NCBI GenBank assembly: GCA_050084515.1
Contig: CM114271.1
Location: 32,736,001-32,800,000 of the forward strand
DNA from: Blasia pusilla
Taxonomy: Eukaryota
DNA length: 64,000 bases
Direction: 5' to 3'
Position numbers and translations under genes: made by a program
The notes under the pieces: model-generated
What the model was told of the DNA's origin: nothing
The model's database searches: none
The model's input: only the letters and a program-made list of their open reading frames with translations
Part shown: positions 1 to 13,937 of the stretch, in pieces
Position numbering within the stretch: position 1 is the stretch's first letter
Layout of the letters: every line of letters begins with the position of its first letter

Positions 1-1420
1 CAACAATAAGGGCTCTTGACGAATAGAGTGCACTTAAGTGATATCCTCACACTCTACTAAGTGAATCAAAACGAGATCATGCCTGTGTTAGTGGTCTTTC
101 TTTGTGTGGTCTTGGGTTTAGGTCAAAGATAGTGATGCCAAAATGTTTGTGTGTGTCAACTTGGTACTATGTAGTTTTCCATTTTCCTTAGGGATTACAT
201 GTGATCATTTTGATGAAGGTAGGAGACATTAATTCTTCATGATATTTTTGTCCACTTAAGTATGACGTGAGTGCATAAAGTAGGAAGCATCCGCTTGAGT
301 ATGATGTTTGCACGGCTAATTTGAGGGTAGATCCTGTGGCTTTCATTTGAAATTGTATCCTCGTTTCTTTAATTTCTTTCTCAATTTTCATACTAGAAGA
401 AAATTTTCAAAATACTTGATTAATTTTGGAAGGATGTCCGTGGAAGTCATGTGGAATTGGAACCACCGACCTAGCACAAAAAACCTCGCATGATTTTGGT
501 ACCCAAAACAAGACGATTGAGTATGATAGTAAGAGCGGAAGAAGCAAGATACCTCATGCAATGGCAACCCTATTGAACAAAAACGCACTTAGTGGATCAC
601 GTCAGGATTCCTCATGTTCACATTCTAGAGATTCTTCACTAAATCACCCAAAAGTGGAGCACGGAATAGGCTAAAGGATTAAAAGGCATAAGACGGCATA
701 TCAGAATTGAAAATCTTCCAACCCATTCAGTTTTAAGTATTTCGCCAGACTCAACAACCGTTCATTTTTGAAGAACTACAAATTATCGAAGTATGCTCTT
801 TGATTGACTTCCCAATGTATGCTATCTACCCTTTTCGAACATTAATACATGATATCCCTTTGAGAATTAATCCCAATCTCTTTCACATGATGAGAATCGT
901 CCCAACTCTTACATTTTTGTTTTTAGAATACTTCCAACGAAGATTGAATAGAACTTTTCGAACTAAGGTTCATTAGTTATCAAATTTTGAGGTGATTGAA
1001 GAAGAAATTAAGGCTTAAGGGTTCTAGATTGAAGTAGCGCGCAGATCAGGTTTAGGTTCAGACTTTATACGAGGTCTAACTATGATGCAAATTGGAGCCT
1101 ATAACCTGCTGTAGATTTACTACTTTGAAATTCTTTCTGATGAAACATCATAATTATGAAAGTTTACATTTATTACATTTTGTAGATCTGAAGAAGTGGC
1201 GAGAGCCAGCTACCTCAGGGCTCTTTCTCATCGGCGAATTGTTACCAAGTGGAGACACTAGACTACTGGACTTTATAAGCGTATGAGGGTATTCAAAGTG
1301 ACTAATCTCTGCATGCATATCTGATCTGACAAAACCGAAGATGTTTTGCCAAAAATCTATAAGTGTCCTTACAAGAGGAAAGTCTGAGTACCCTTTGAAC
1401 ACTTGACACTAAGTGTGTAG
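1..1420 (-). mobile_element. Decayed retrotransposon-like (gag-type) coding remnant
   Basis: Fragmented K/E-rich minus-strand reading frames with many stops, upstream of an LTR-like GC-balanced segment; no diagnostic motif intact. Confidence 0.3.
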
Positions 1421-2132
1421 ATCCACTAATCAGTGAATAGGAATATCTTCATTATTCATTATATGAACGAGTTAGTAGAAATATCCATATGGGGAAAAGT
1501 GGGAGGTAATTATTAAGTCAAACGTCGATGCAGACTAGATTCTACACGAAGATTCTAAATTAAGGTTGAGTTAGGTCTTTACATGAGTCAATTCGAGGTT
1601 TGATAACTCGGAATCATAATGGAGCACTAGAACCAGTAAGGCTATTTAGCGCCTTTCCAAAACAAATGACAAAGTTTCCTCCAGCCAAAATGGTACACGT
1701 TTCGATGGAATATAATCCTCTTGGAGCATCACACCACCCGTTATTTATACATGTCACCAAGTGTGCGGAGGTTTTGGGTACCACCCGTGATTAATCCATG
1801 TGCTTCGTCGAAATGTGGGACACAATATCGGGTGGGAACGACCGGTTTTCTCCGGTTCTCTCATGTGGGCATTCTAACGGCCTTACATGAGAGAACCCCC
1901 ACTTTAGAATGGGGTGTCAAAGACCCCTCTGTCCTGGGTAGTGGATTAATCCGGAGGTGACCCAGCAGGTCTTTCCCCGGTTGGAAATTGGGTTGGCCTT
2001 CAGCTTCTCAAAGTGTCCCTCTCCGGAGGTAACCTAGTAGAATTTTAGGTTTAGTGCCTTTATGGTGTGAGGAAGGGTTAGGTTTTCCTCACGGTTCATT
2101 GCTATGTGTGTCATCGGAAAGTTCCATCCCCT

Positions 2133-2321
2133 CCTCTTCGGGAAGTGGCCACATGACTTTCCAGGTCTTGGCCCTACACCCGAACGATCTTCAATATGAT
2201 GGTCTTTGACACCCCCTAATATGTACCCTCTTCAAGAAGTGGCCGCATGACTTTTCAGGTTTTGGCCCTACACCCGAACGATCCCCAATATGATGGTCTT
2301 TGACATCCCCCTAATATGTAC
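2133..2321. repeat. Tandem duplication, 2 x about 94 bp
   Basis: CCTCTTC..GAAGTGGCC.CATGACTTT.CAGGT.TTGGCCCTACACCCGAACGATC...CTAATATGTAC occurs twice. Confidence 0.9.
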
Positions 2322-4511
2322 GCTCAAATATAAGGGATTTAGATGCATGACTCCATTTTTTTATGGGATACAAATGGGAATAGGATTTGAGATGTCCATT
2401 TTATGTGGTAGAAGGGGAGAGGAGAAACATGGTCACATAGAGTTTAGAGGTGGATTGGGGTGGGAGGACTCTTTAAAAATAAAACATTAGATTTTGGTTT
2501 GCTTAATTTTTATAGCATTGAGGGTTACAAGAAAAGTAAGGCCCAAGTAATTGGAACCCTTGTGTCAAATAAGGAAATAGATTGTAAGGAAAGGGTCCAC
2601 CCAAAGTCCTCAAAAAAAATTTCTAAAAATGTTCAAAAAGAATTGGGAAGATTCCCCATTTTCAGTAGTATGGAGTAGACATGACCATAGTCAATTTTTT
2701 TCCACTCACCAAATATTTTGATATGCACTTAAAAGTTGAGCAAGATGTTTATATCCGACAAAGCAATTACAAATTCTATGGATGCTTGCCCCTCAAATCA
2801 CACCCCTCATTATTTCATCTACATTGGATCATGAACATAATTATTAACTTACGGTATTTAGTCTTCTTATCTTAGATAGTCTCCATTATACTAAATATTT
2901 TTTACGAAGATTGAGCTATTTTAAGGAATGTGCATATCACTTCTACAATAGATCAAATCTTAGAGGCTCTTCACAATCTATCTATTGTACGCATCCCATC
3001 AAAATTTTAATTTATCTTAGAGCACATCCATTGTACTCAACATAATGTTTACTACTCAAGTTATCTTAAAGTACAATTGGAATTATCTAACAGGATAAGC
3101 AAGAACGAGAAATATGGTGCATTTATGATTGCGAGGGTATTCCTATTTTCTTAGTTTACCCAAAATTTTGGAACTTTTTCTTCTCATTGTGTGAATGGTT
3201 TCGATTTTCCAAGGCCTCAAAATTCCACATCCTCAAAAAATTGCTTCCCATATACCTATCCTACTACTCTTCCACACTTTAGAGGCTCCACCACCTCCTA
3301 GTGGCCCCATCATAACATTTTATTGAAGAGATTTATCCTAAGTCCTTCAATCTCGAGTTTATTTGCTAAATAAAGTTATGACTTTATTCCTTGAAATCAT
3401 ACAATGATGCCTTCATCGGATTAAATAAGTTCAAAAAAACCAATCTTGGTCTACAAATTAAGCTATCTTAGAATTTTTCACAATACTAATTGAAAAATTC
3501 TTTTCGGAATTTGTGTTGCTAGAGAGAAAGGCGACCATAAGTACAGAGCCCCATAGGGCACCACGCAATATTCTCTCATTTGAGAAAAATTATTCATGAT
3601 GCATAAAGTTGATGTGGTGATGTTTGATCTAGTCCTTGAGTGCAAGGAACTTCAAGCATTCTTGGCAGCAAAAGGTAGATTACTAGAAGGAGTGATGGCA
3701 CCATGGCAACAAGGAAGAAGGTCCAAGTGTATAGTTGTCTTCAAGACAAAGATCACCATATCCCAATTTAGCATCAAGATCTCAAGGGTCATGGGCAAAA
3801 GATTTGTCTCTTTCCTTTTCAAGGATACTTACCTCCTCCATAGTAATCCATGTGTCTTTACATTGAATTACCTAACGATAGAAAAAAAAATTTGGCTCAT
3901 TAAATGACACACATAGGAAGTGGGACTTTCTGGATGTGCCATAATATAAATTTTTTTAAGAAAAATATCACATGCCACTAAAAGAAAACAATAAATAATT
4001 AAGTGAGTTTTGATGCAAGTGGAATTTTGAACTAGGTCTACTAGTAAGGATGATGTGATCTAATCCCTCTAATAGGAAACAACATCAAATGCACTGGCAT
4101 GTTTGATATAAGGCCAATATATCAAATGTCATTTCCCACTAGATGCTAAAATCACATCTAATGGGAAATAACATTTTTAAATATAATAATGAATTATTTA
4201 ACACAATAAAAATTTACGTCCTTAAAATTTATTGGGGCACATGGATTGTATACTCAATAAAATCTTACATAAGCATGCATTAAAGTAAAATAAGAGTATG
4301 GTAGAAGGACTCCAAGAACCACCCTTTCAAGATACCCAAAGGAAGTAAGTTTGTGAATGAACCTTCTATTTTTAAATTGGATCGCTTCTTGGGACATTAC
4401 TTCCACAAATAATAACCCTCCTTGTTGGTATCAAGGCAACTCAAAAGGAAACATTATTGAAGAAAAACACTCAACCAATTTTTTTAATAAGGATGCATGA
4501 TTGCTATCACA

Positions 4512-4680
4512 TCTATACTATTAAAAGAATATGGAGTTTTAGGCAGGGGCTTTCTTTGCATGACACGTATGCATTTTAGGCCCTTCCCCTGCTGACATGT
4601 GGCGGGTTTAACAAGAGCTAACAGTTAAGTTAAGGGGGACGGGGCCGGTTTCACCCGTGCACCGCACAGGCACAAGCTAG
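4512..4680 (+). mobile_element. Mini non-autonomous Helitron (169 bp)
   Basis: A|TCTATACTAT 5' end (same word as at 12823), hairpin CCCGTGC-ACC-GCACAGG (4654-4670), terminal CTAG|T at 4677-4681. Confidence 0.72.
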
Positions 4681-7477
4681 TAATTTACATATTAAAGCAT
4701 AAGTGGGGAGAAAAAGAGGCCAAAACCAGCACACATTTGCGAAGCATGGAAGAAAGTGCACATACATCATGGATAAATAAATTCCATGTCTCCCACATGG
4801 TCTATGGCTCCCCTCTTTTTTCATTTGGAAATCCCTAATCACACTTCATTATTTTAGGGAAAAAACTCCCCTTTTTAAAAAAATAATTCCCATCCCCCTC
4901 ACCTTCTACTCTCAAAAACATAAAATTTCCTCCCAAACTTCCTTAATCCCTTTCTTAACCACCATGGTATGAGAATTTATTTTGAAGCCAATAGTTTCAT
5001 GAGAGGGCTTAATCTACGGTATGGATTAAGTTTCATGGGCAACTAAAAGAATGAGTTCATGTAGATATATTTTTTAATGGAACCATGCATGAATGAATCA
5101 ACATATTTTCCTATTTTACCTTAGTGGAAAAATATTATTTGAGGATTATTTGAAACCATTATGATTTTTTTCAAAGTTGCAGTAAATTAAAGAGAAAATA
5201 CTGCAGTAGTATACAATCATTTGAGTCAATATATTAAATAATACCACCATAGTGTAACCAGTTTTATTGGGAAATATCATTTTTGATAATCACATCAATC
5301 ATTTAAGAAAAGTATATTTTGAAATCTGGAGTTGAAGATGATTTTCTGTTCATGCTATTTAATACTTCAACCATGTCTAAAAAGGATTAATTTTGGAATT
5401 TTATATCTTCGACCGAGTCTCTCGAGTCAACCAATTAAAGTAGACTCATATGTATACATCCATGAATTAGTGAGTCAACTAATTAAAGCAAATATTATAT
5501 ATGTCCTCAACTACCATCCCAATTTAACCAAGGGCCCTCGGAAACGATGACTGCAATGCCTAGGATACGACATAAATGTACACAATAGTTTAAAAAAGAA
5601 TATAACAAGCATCTCTACATTTGGAACGCAACGATATCTTCTCTCTTAATTTACTTAATGTGGTGCCTGAATCTCCGTTCATAAAATATTAGAACTTTCC
5701 TCATTCATCTATTTTCAAGTAAGTCCAAGGGCTCACGAATAAGCATATTAGGTTTCCTAAAAATAGAAGCCGTGAGATGAGGAGAGGATCTCATTAGTAT
5801 TACTCAAAGGGTCAACTCAAGGGTGACTACTGAGTCGTTAAGGCGTACTTTAACCTGAGGCTGGGTTTGGGAGTATTTAACATGAGGTTGGGTTTGATTT
5901 AGAGTGGGAAAATGGGCTCATAGAACATAAGTTTTTGATGTAAAGCAAACGCTAATACTCAATTCGTGAGAAGAAAATAGTAAGAATAAGAAGATAGTGT
6001 AGAAGACAATGTACCACTTCTTCTTCATCCGTCTTCTTCCCCTTTTGGGTTTTGGGTTAAGGAGAAGAGCGATGAAGTTCACTTTTGTACACGTAATGTT
6101 ATGCTTATTTGATGGAAAGAAGGATGGGTTTTTGTGAAGGATACGATCTCCCGATAACAAAGCGCGCACACACACGTACTACACCAAAGAATTCTATGGT
6201 ATGTCTAAAGAACATGGAATGGTGTATGAGGATGGGATGGTTCACTTAACCAGAGGACAAATGGTGGCAAAGGAATTTCGAAAGAAAATCTCATGAGAGA
6301 TGAAACCAGAAAAGGAGCCCAACGAAATCCTCCTCTCACGTTTGCTTGTCCTATATTGTCCAATCATGGATGTATGCCTTGTAGGATCTTAAGGCCAAAA
6401 TCAATGCTTTAGAGGAGGTAGTCATAACGACTTGGCCCCTTTTTGGAAGATTGGTGCAACTTTTCCCATATCATTCACATGGCACAAAATCTATGTGAAC
6501 CGACCAAATCCAGATTCCATAGCTCTCCCAACCAAAAGAAGACGGTGCTTCCGTTTATAACACTCAGAAAAGTTCTCATCTTTGGGCCTTTTGTGGACTA
6601 TGTCACACCCCTTTTGCCACACTTTTAAGTCTCCTTTGGCCTTTTCGTTTGACTAAAATGGCGCTTCTCTTTGACTTCCAAAGTGACAGCTTTCCGTTGG
6701 AGGATAACGTTTGGAAATTTTCTTCGAGATAGAAAACATGAAAAGAGAATGAAAGTGAAAGGCAAAAAAATCATGGATTATGAGCTTCCAAGTATCGGGG
6801 TCTCCTACATGAGGATAATAACATAATCGGAGCTAGTTTAGCTTAGGAGTTTCTTTTATTTCTCTTTGAAAACATATATTTAATTGATGGAAGTGGGCAT
6901 GAAAACTTCCTCTTGTTGTACAACACATGAACTGATTGAAAGAGAGAAATCATGAAGTATGAGACTCCAAATATGTTCTAGAGATATTTCATAATCTCGT
7001 ATGTTAAATCATCAATTGCAAAAATTAAACCCAAAAGTATTATTTGAGAAATTCAACTCTATGGAAGGGCCCCTTTAGAAGGGATAGAAGAAGGTTCTTG
7101 CGTCCCAAATCCCACCAATATCAAGCCCACACCAATTTTTAAGGTTACACACATAAAAAATCTATGTCCGTGGACTTATTGTCATCCCAAGGACGAACAT
7201 GTCCGTGCAGGTCCAGGTTCCTGCGGCCTCGTTCTGAGCCTGCCCCACCTGCAACATAGACCCAAGCTCGGCCAACACCCTCAGCAAGTCCAAAAACCCA
7301 TTGCACGTTCTCGCCAGTGGTTTTGTAGCGCGCACCGAGCCCGCATCTTGCTTGTAGAGTTCAGCACCGAACCCGCCTAGCCCGCCCTAAGCCCACATTG
7401 GCCTGCATAGGGCCCATGGCAACAACCCGTATGGGCTAGCTGTCGGCCATTTTCGGCTTTCAGGCAAGCAGCAGGCG

Positions 7478-7787
7478 CATGGTTGCATGAAAACGAACAA
7501 GTTTGGTAATGTCCATCTACATGGATTGTAAGAGGTGGGGCCCATACTTTATAATTCATGATGGAAGGTAGCCTTAGGTAGGGCAAGGACAAATTGGGAA
7601 ATAAGGGGGAGGACGTGGGGGTGGAGGGAGGAAGAAAACGGAAAGTATGGAACACATAGGCAAATGGGGAGAAATGAGAAAGAAGGGGAAGGTGGGGCCC
7701 ATATGGACAACTACTCTTATAGGACAAATGTAAGTCCACGGACACGGACATGTCTACGGACACGCACTTTTTCCACATGCAACCTTG
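7478..7787 (-). mobile_element. hAT-type MITE family A
   Basis: CATGGTTGCA...TGCAACCTTG; internal sequence homologous to 9385-9694; degenerate TSD (AGCAGGCG/GGCACGCC). Confidence 0.85.
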
Positions 7788-8229
7788 GGCACGCCAGGTG
7801 GGCCCGATGCGGACCAAGCAAGGGCTCATAGGCCACACAAGATTACGGGGGGAAAAAATAAAGGTCCATGGGACTCATTTCATAATTTTGCCCAAAAAAA
7901 AGAAAATTTTGATCCAAAACATTAGGATTTCAACTTTCCATGAAGATTTGGAGGGTCAAATTGATGCTAGGCCTTCTAATATTTGGTATCTCCCTTGTTT
8001 TTCAACGTGAATCCCATGCTTTTCTTTGACCCTAAAAAGATTCCTTTTATCACTCATCCTTTTTCAAATTCAAAGGCTCATTACTCAAGTTGCACCTAGA
8101 TCTATATCTATCTCATGACCCGAAACATGTACGCCAACATAGAAATATATTAAAATTAGCATCCTTTGGACTTATGATAACTTTGGTAGAAGTCTTATAA
8201 GTAATATGATATGAGGTATCATATTAGTG

Positions 8230-8420
8230 CATAACTACTGCATATGATATATGGTAGCCACTTTATGTTGATCACTGATCATCAACCATTGAAGTGGTTA
8301 ATGAGGTCTTGAAGCTTACATATAATCTTGGGAGATGGGCTAATCAGTTACAGGAGCACGATTTTTAGATAGTGCATTGGCCTTGATGGCTCATCCAAGA
8401 TGCATATGGGTTGAGTAATG
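8230..8420 (+). mobile_element. Ty3/gypsy LTR-retrotransposon pol remnant (RNase H-like C-terminus)
   Basis: Broken translation IYGSHFMLITDHQPLKWLM...LGRWANQLQEHDF*IVHWP matches the gypsy TDHxPL...RWxxxLQExDF motif. Confidence 0.75.
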
Positions 8421-9384
8421 TACCCATGCTCGAGTCAGTAGGACATGATTGAAGCTCAATGGAGTGATGACAATGACAAGGAGATGGTGCCTAAATGGCA
8501 TGCATATGCCTATTTGGGATTTTGGGCCATGGAAAACCATGCGACATTCATTCCAACGATGAGGTCAACGGAGAACTCCCCACATCCAGAGGATGGTAAG
8601 GAGGAAACATGTAGTTGAGATTTCCATGAAGATGGAACTATCTTGGAGCACTTGGTCACTGATAGCATAATAAGCATATAGGATGCCAAAGACGGAGATC
8701 AGATTCTACATAGAGCGGGGTCTCTGAAATAGGAGAGAACACCTTTCTATTAAGTTAGGAAGGGTGGTAAAGTATGAGTAGAGTCTCATCCTTCATATCA
8801 AGAAAAAATAGTGAACCTATATAGAAATGTCATGAAAAGAAATACTATTCCCTCCTATCTAGAAACATTTGAGATGAAGTTTGAAGAGAAACATACAACA
8901 GAGCAACTCATTGAAACAAAAGGATATGTGTTCAAAAGCTCTATTTGGACAATGCACAAGTTGTAGCAATGCGAGGCATTGGAGTGTTAAAATATTGTAA
9001 AGCTAGAGGATCTAAGTGATTTTAGTATCTTACATATGATCTCGTCAAAATTTTCATAGAAATACACAAGGGCTTGAGTCCAATCAAGTTTTAGCAAAAT
9101 ATTCAGTATGGAAATTTCATAAAGAATTATGGAATATTAAGGCTTATGGTTTCCATTGAGGTAAAAAAGTAGGTATCATGTCAATGATGGGATGTCCAAA
9201 AAAGAATCCGAGCTTGAATATATAAATTTTGGGAAGTTGTGTGAAAAAAATATTGAATATTCGATTTATGCAAAACCTTGATTCCAATGAGAATGTCCTA
9301 CATCGTCAATAAAGGAAAACTTGATCGCTCATTCAATTTGTTGGTATTTTCATATTGATGATTTATTTTGTCGTGTAGTTGGAC

Positions 9385-9694
9385 CAAGGTTGCATATGGA
9401 CAAAGTCTGTATCCGTTAACTTACTTCTGTCCTATAGAAGGACTTGTCCATGTGGGCTTCATCTCCCCTTTCTTTCTCATCCCCCGCATTTGCCTTTGTG
9501 ATCCACACTTTCTCATTTCTTCCTTCTCCCACATCCATTCTCTTCCTCCTTATTGCCCCGCATACCCTTGCCCTACCTTCCACGGTTCCACCATGAACTA
9601 AAAGTGTGGGCCCCACCTTTTGCAATCCATGTATGTGGACATGTCCAAACTTGTCCGTCCTAGGGACGAACTTGTCTATTTTTGTGCAACCATG
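9385..9694 (+). mobile_element. hAT-type MITE family A, reference copy (310 bp)
   Basis: TIRs CAAGGTTGCA...TGCAACCATG (9/10); perfect 8-bp TSD AGTTGGAC (9377-9384, 9695-9702); non-coding, with internal GGACA/TGTCC words. Confidence 0.9.
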
Positions 9695-10299
9695 AGTTGG
9701 ACCCAGTCGGACTTGAAGCACTTTCATGGTAGTGTAATAAGATGGTAATTGTCATGGTAGTGTAATAAGATGGTAGGGTATGGGTTGAATGATCTACTAA
9801 TGTACTTGATACATGGGTTTTGAGAATGCAATTTCTTTTCCAAAAATGAAACTCTCCAAACTCTTTTTAGAAGATTTTAGATATTAGTTACATGGAATTG
9901 GAATCTTGTATTTGAGTATACATGGCTACTTGAAGTGTACATTTTCCATGTCAACAAAGTTCCTTTCAGTTTACAAGTCACATGCAAGAAATAGTTATCT
10001 TATCAGGATTTAGTGAATAGGTAAGATGAGATGCCAAGAATGATCATGGACGGGTACAATAGTGACTACGGAGTTGAATTAGGGTTGGAAATTGTAGCAT
10101 TTTGGATGGTTCAAAATTTTGCAAGGAAACAAAATAGCTATGAAGCTCAATTTAGTATCTTGCAGGGGGCTTTGAGCATATAGAAACAATGGTAGACGCC
10201 ACTTTGAATAATGAATAAAGAAAGTTGTAAGTATACAACGATGTTTAGACAAGAACATCAGCAAAATATATTAGCAATGGAGAATTGTAAGAATTTTTT

Positions 10300-10451
10300 T
10301 TTCAAAATATTAAGGTGGGGATGGGAATTCTCGAATCCTCGGATAAATAAAAGGGGTGGAGAAGGTGACTTCATAAATGAAAGCCACATGAAGCAATCGA
10401 AGGATTTTTTATTTTTTTTTCAATGGTTGCTAGCACGGGCATGACAACTAG
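10300..10451 (+). mobile_element. Decayed Helitron remnant (3' end)
   Basis: GCACGGGCATGACAACTAG|T resembles the right hairpin arm plus CTAG end of the other Helitrons; 5' boundary uncertain. Confidence 0.35.
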
Positions 10452-13400
10452 TATAATTTATTAGTAGTCGCCTGGAATAATTGAGCGTCATATCTCTACT
10501 TGCATAAGTTTAGTTTTATATCGCTTTAAAAAAATATTTATTTATTTCTATAAATAAATATTTGAACTGTAGGTATACCTACCCATGGGACATTTTCTGC
10601 TTCAAAATTTAATAATTAATATAATAATAAAGATGATCATTTGGGAATAACCATGATATGAAACTTTCTCCACTCGAGCATGGTTCCACAAGTCATGAGA
10701 TTGAAGGTATACTTTTTTTTTTTTTAAATGGCGGAAAAGATGATGTGGTGCATTTCAAATGAGAAGGATGATACACTTATCGTCGTCTTCAAACTCCACA
10801 CCACTTGGGATAACAGACGTCTGATTACTGTGTTTTTCCCAATGAGATACGAAACGCGGTTACGATTAAAGAACGGGCATATTAGATGAATGGAAAACTG
10901 CATCGAGACGAGCACGGAGCCGAGAAACTGTGCATTGCATGGAGACATGTTTGGAAGGGGGTTTAGAGGCGACACACGAAATGGGGCGAAAACAAGAGGA
11001 GGGAAGAGGACTTTTGTTCATTTCTTAGAGGCTTTTGTACCATGAAGTGAGAAAGCCACGGGGATGAAAGTAGAAAAAGACGGGATTCTGCGGAAAGAAG
11101 ACGCGTTTAAGTCCGACGTACGCTCCCTCCCTGCATCGCAACGCAACGCAGGGCAGGGCAGGGCAGGGCAGGGCAGCGCGGCCGACAGACGGCAGGAAGG
11201 AATAGCAATCGCCTCCCCGGCACGCACGAGGAAAACAGCGGCTCTCCGAATGGGGTCAAAACTGAACCCAGGGAGAAGCCCAGGGTTCCAAGATCGTTCG
11301 GAGAGAGTAGTACTGCATGCGGCGATTCTGGGTGAGGGGGAATCCCCGGCCTTCGGGAGGAGAAGGGAGGGAGGCGACGCGGTTGGCTTCGATTCGATTC
11401 GGCGCCGGCGAGAATCCAACAAAGCGTTTCTGTTCACGAAGCGATGGCAGAGGAGAGAGAGCCAGAGGTCTATAGAGGTAGAGAGCGACGACCACATGAG
11501 GATTCCCGAGGCCCGATTGAGCCCCCGCGCGCGTGACCTTCGGACACTCTCCCTCGCCCTCTCGCTCGCAGCAGCGCGGAGAGAGATCTGGACTTCACTA
11601 CTCTGTCCGGTGACCGAAAGGCGCAGGAGAGAGGAGAATTCTCGCGCGGAGAGAAAAAGCGCTCTGCGTCCGCGTCTCTTTTGGCGTGTTCGCTCAGGAA
11701 CGCGTCGCAGCAGTCGACCTTCAATGATTGTTTCCCCAGACGCAAGGGTCCCATGGATCTCGACTCCTGAGGATGCTATGCAAGGGTAAGAAAAACCCAA
11801 CACAACAACATTCTAGTCTGTTCTGTTCTCTGTTTCCGGGAAAGCTATGGACGGGGTAGGATCTCGCAGACAAAAGGCACGCGCGTAGGATCCCGCTTTC
11901 GCTTACCTCCTTCGATAACAACCGCCATATCTACGATTGAAGACGACCGCCATATCTATAGACCGACCACAGTTCCTTCCGGCCCTTCCCATCCCTGTCT
12001 GTCTCCACAAATATACATATATAAAAACTAAATATAAATTTAAATACACATATGTACGTATGTCTGTCTATCCATCTATCTATCTCTAGGTGGATGTTCT
12101 ATGCGGATACGTTTTTGGATCGAACTACGACGACGCCAATTGTTGCCAACGGATTCGGAGTGGGCTAACGTGTACGTGGAATGTAACGGATAAGTTACTA
12201 GACAATCCGAGGAGCTTCGAGGACTTGTAGGGTTGGGGTGGGGGTAAGTTAAGTTCCTTAGATTCCACGTACATGCATATTTGTGCAGCTCCAATCTTCA
12301 CAAGACGTACGTATGGATTGGATGGAAGTTCCAGTGTTTCCTTCCTTCCCTCCTCCTCTTCTTCTTTTGGATGACATGACGAACACAATCCGATACTTCT
12401 GTCATTTTATTAAATTTATCGAAGGGAATGTTTTTGTTTTCTGGCTTTGCTGAGACTGCTTGTCTGGTTGGAAGTGCTAGAAGCTAGGGACACTCGAAGC
12501 GGGTGAAGTTACTACAGCCCCCCCGAATAGATGAAACCATGACGAGGTCATGGGTTTTCAGCAAACAAATGGAAAACTTGCAAGAAAATCTAAATAAATG
12601 GAAAGAAAATTCAGAAAATACGATATGAGCTGCATGGTGTAGTAGGGCTACTCTAAGCAAGGTTACGTGGTGATTGTTGGAACCTTGATTTACGGCGACT
12701 GTTGTTAACTCGATTTAAATTTGACAACTTACTTTCCATGAACTAGATTCATGGTTTAAAGGTGGATTCGTAGCTAAGTTGCTCTCCTCTTTAGCCCCCC
12801 TATCATCTCCTTCTCAATTCCATCTATACTATAATGCGAGGAAGGGGGAGTTACCTCTTTTGGGAAAAAAAATTTCCCAAAGAAGTGAAGCCCTCCATAA
12901 ATAATCTATAATATTAACGAAACATGGGGGTTCTAAAGAAGGAGAAAAAAAATTCTATCTATAAGAAGTGAAGCCAACCTAATAAAAAAATTTGTATTGT
13001 TTGGCTGTAAGGGACCCTTATTTTTCCTCCGAATCAAATCTCCCATCCTTTCGTTTTTGGCTGAAAACGAGACCCAAGTCTATCTTTTCCGTCCGAATCT
13101 AATCTGCTCCGTAAAAATTGTTTCATTAGTTACATGTGTCATTACGACAATGTCGGCCTATTGTATCCACACAAGTGTGTGATAGTTATGATTTTTGCTC
13201 CGGTATAACTCGATCCTGCACAGCCAAAGTTTGGTACATTCAACCTTCAAAGTTGGCGTGAAGTGAGTCTCGTCTGTAGGTGGAGGTGAAATTGTAGGAA
13301 CACAGGGCCGAGGGCAATTTTTTTTTCTCCCCCATTGCCATCATTTCTTCGACGTGAGATTCGGCCTGTAAAATTGACGTCGAGTCGGCAGGATTGTGTA

Positions 13401-13856
13401 TCGAAACTCCAGTGTGTCCTGATCCCGCTCCTTATTTGCCACCCTCTCCCGGTCCCGACTTCCTACTTCGAGGCTCCGATGATCGATGGATTGAAACCCT
13501 ACTGCGGGCTCTCTTGTCTCCTCCATCTTTCTTGCTTTTGTCTCTATTTCCTCGATCCTTTTGGTTCCTCTCTCGCTCTTTGTCCTCACCTCGATTGCGT
13601 TTGGTTTTATGATTGTTGCCATGGCCATCGTCTTCACTCTTTATGTTTGAACTCTTGATACACTCTCTGTCATCCTCCACTCTACCACCATCCCCACTGA
13701 TCTCCTTAAGGATTCTCCACAGTTTTCTCTAGATAATCATATGTTAAGATTGGGGACGTAGAGGTAGACGGGCCAGCTTCAATATCGAGATCGCGAGCTT
13801 CCATGACAGGAGCCAGATTTGATGATCCCAAAAATTGGGTTTGTTGTTGCCTATTG

Positions 13857-13858
<2 letters not shown>

Positions 13859-13934
<76 letters not shown>
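13859..13934. repeat. (CT)38 microsatellite inside the Helitron
   Basis: Perfect CT run. Confidence 0.97.

Positions 13935-13937
<3 letters not shown>

Noticed and set aside
11510..11532. miR171-like sequence (GATTGAGCCCCCGCGC)
   Set aside because: Only about 9 nt match the miR171 5' part and I see no complementary star arm.
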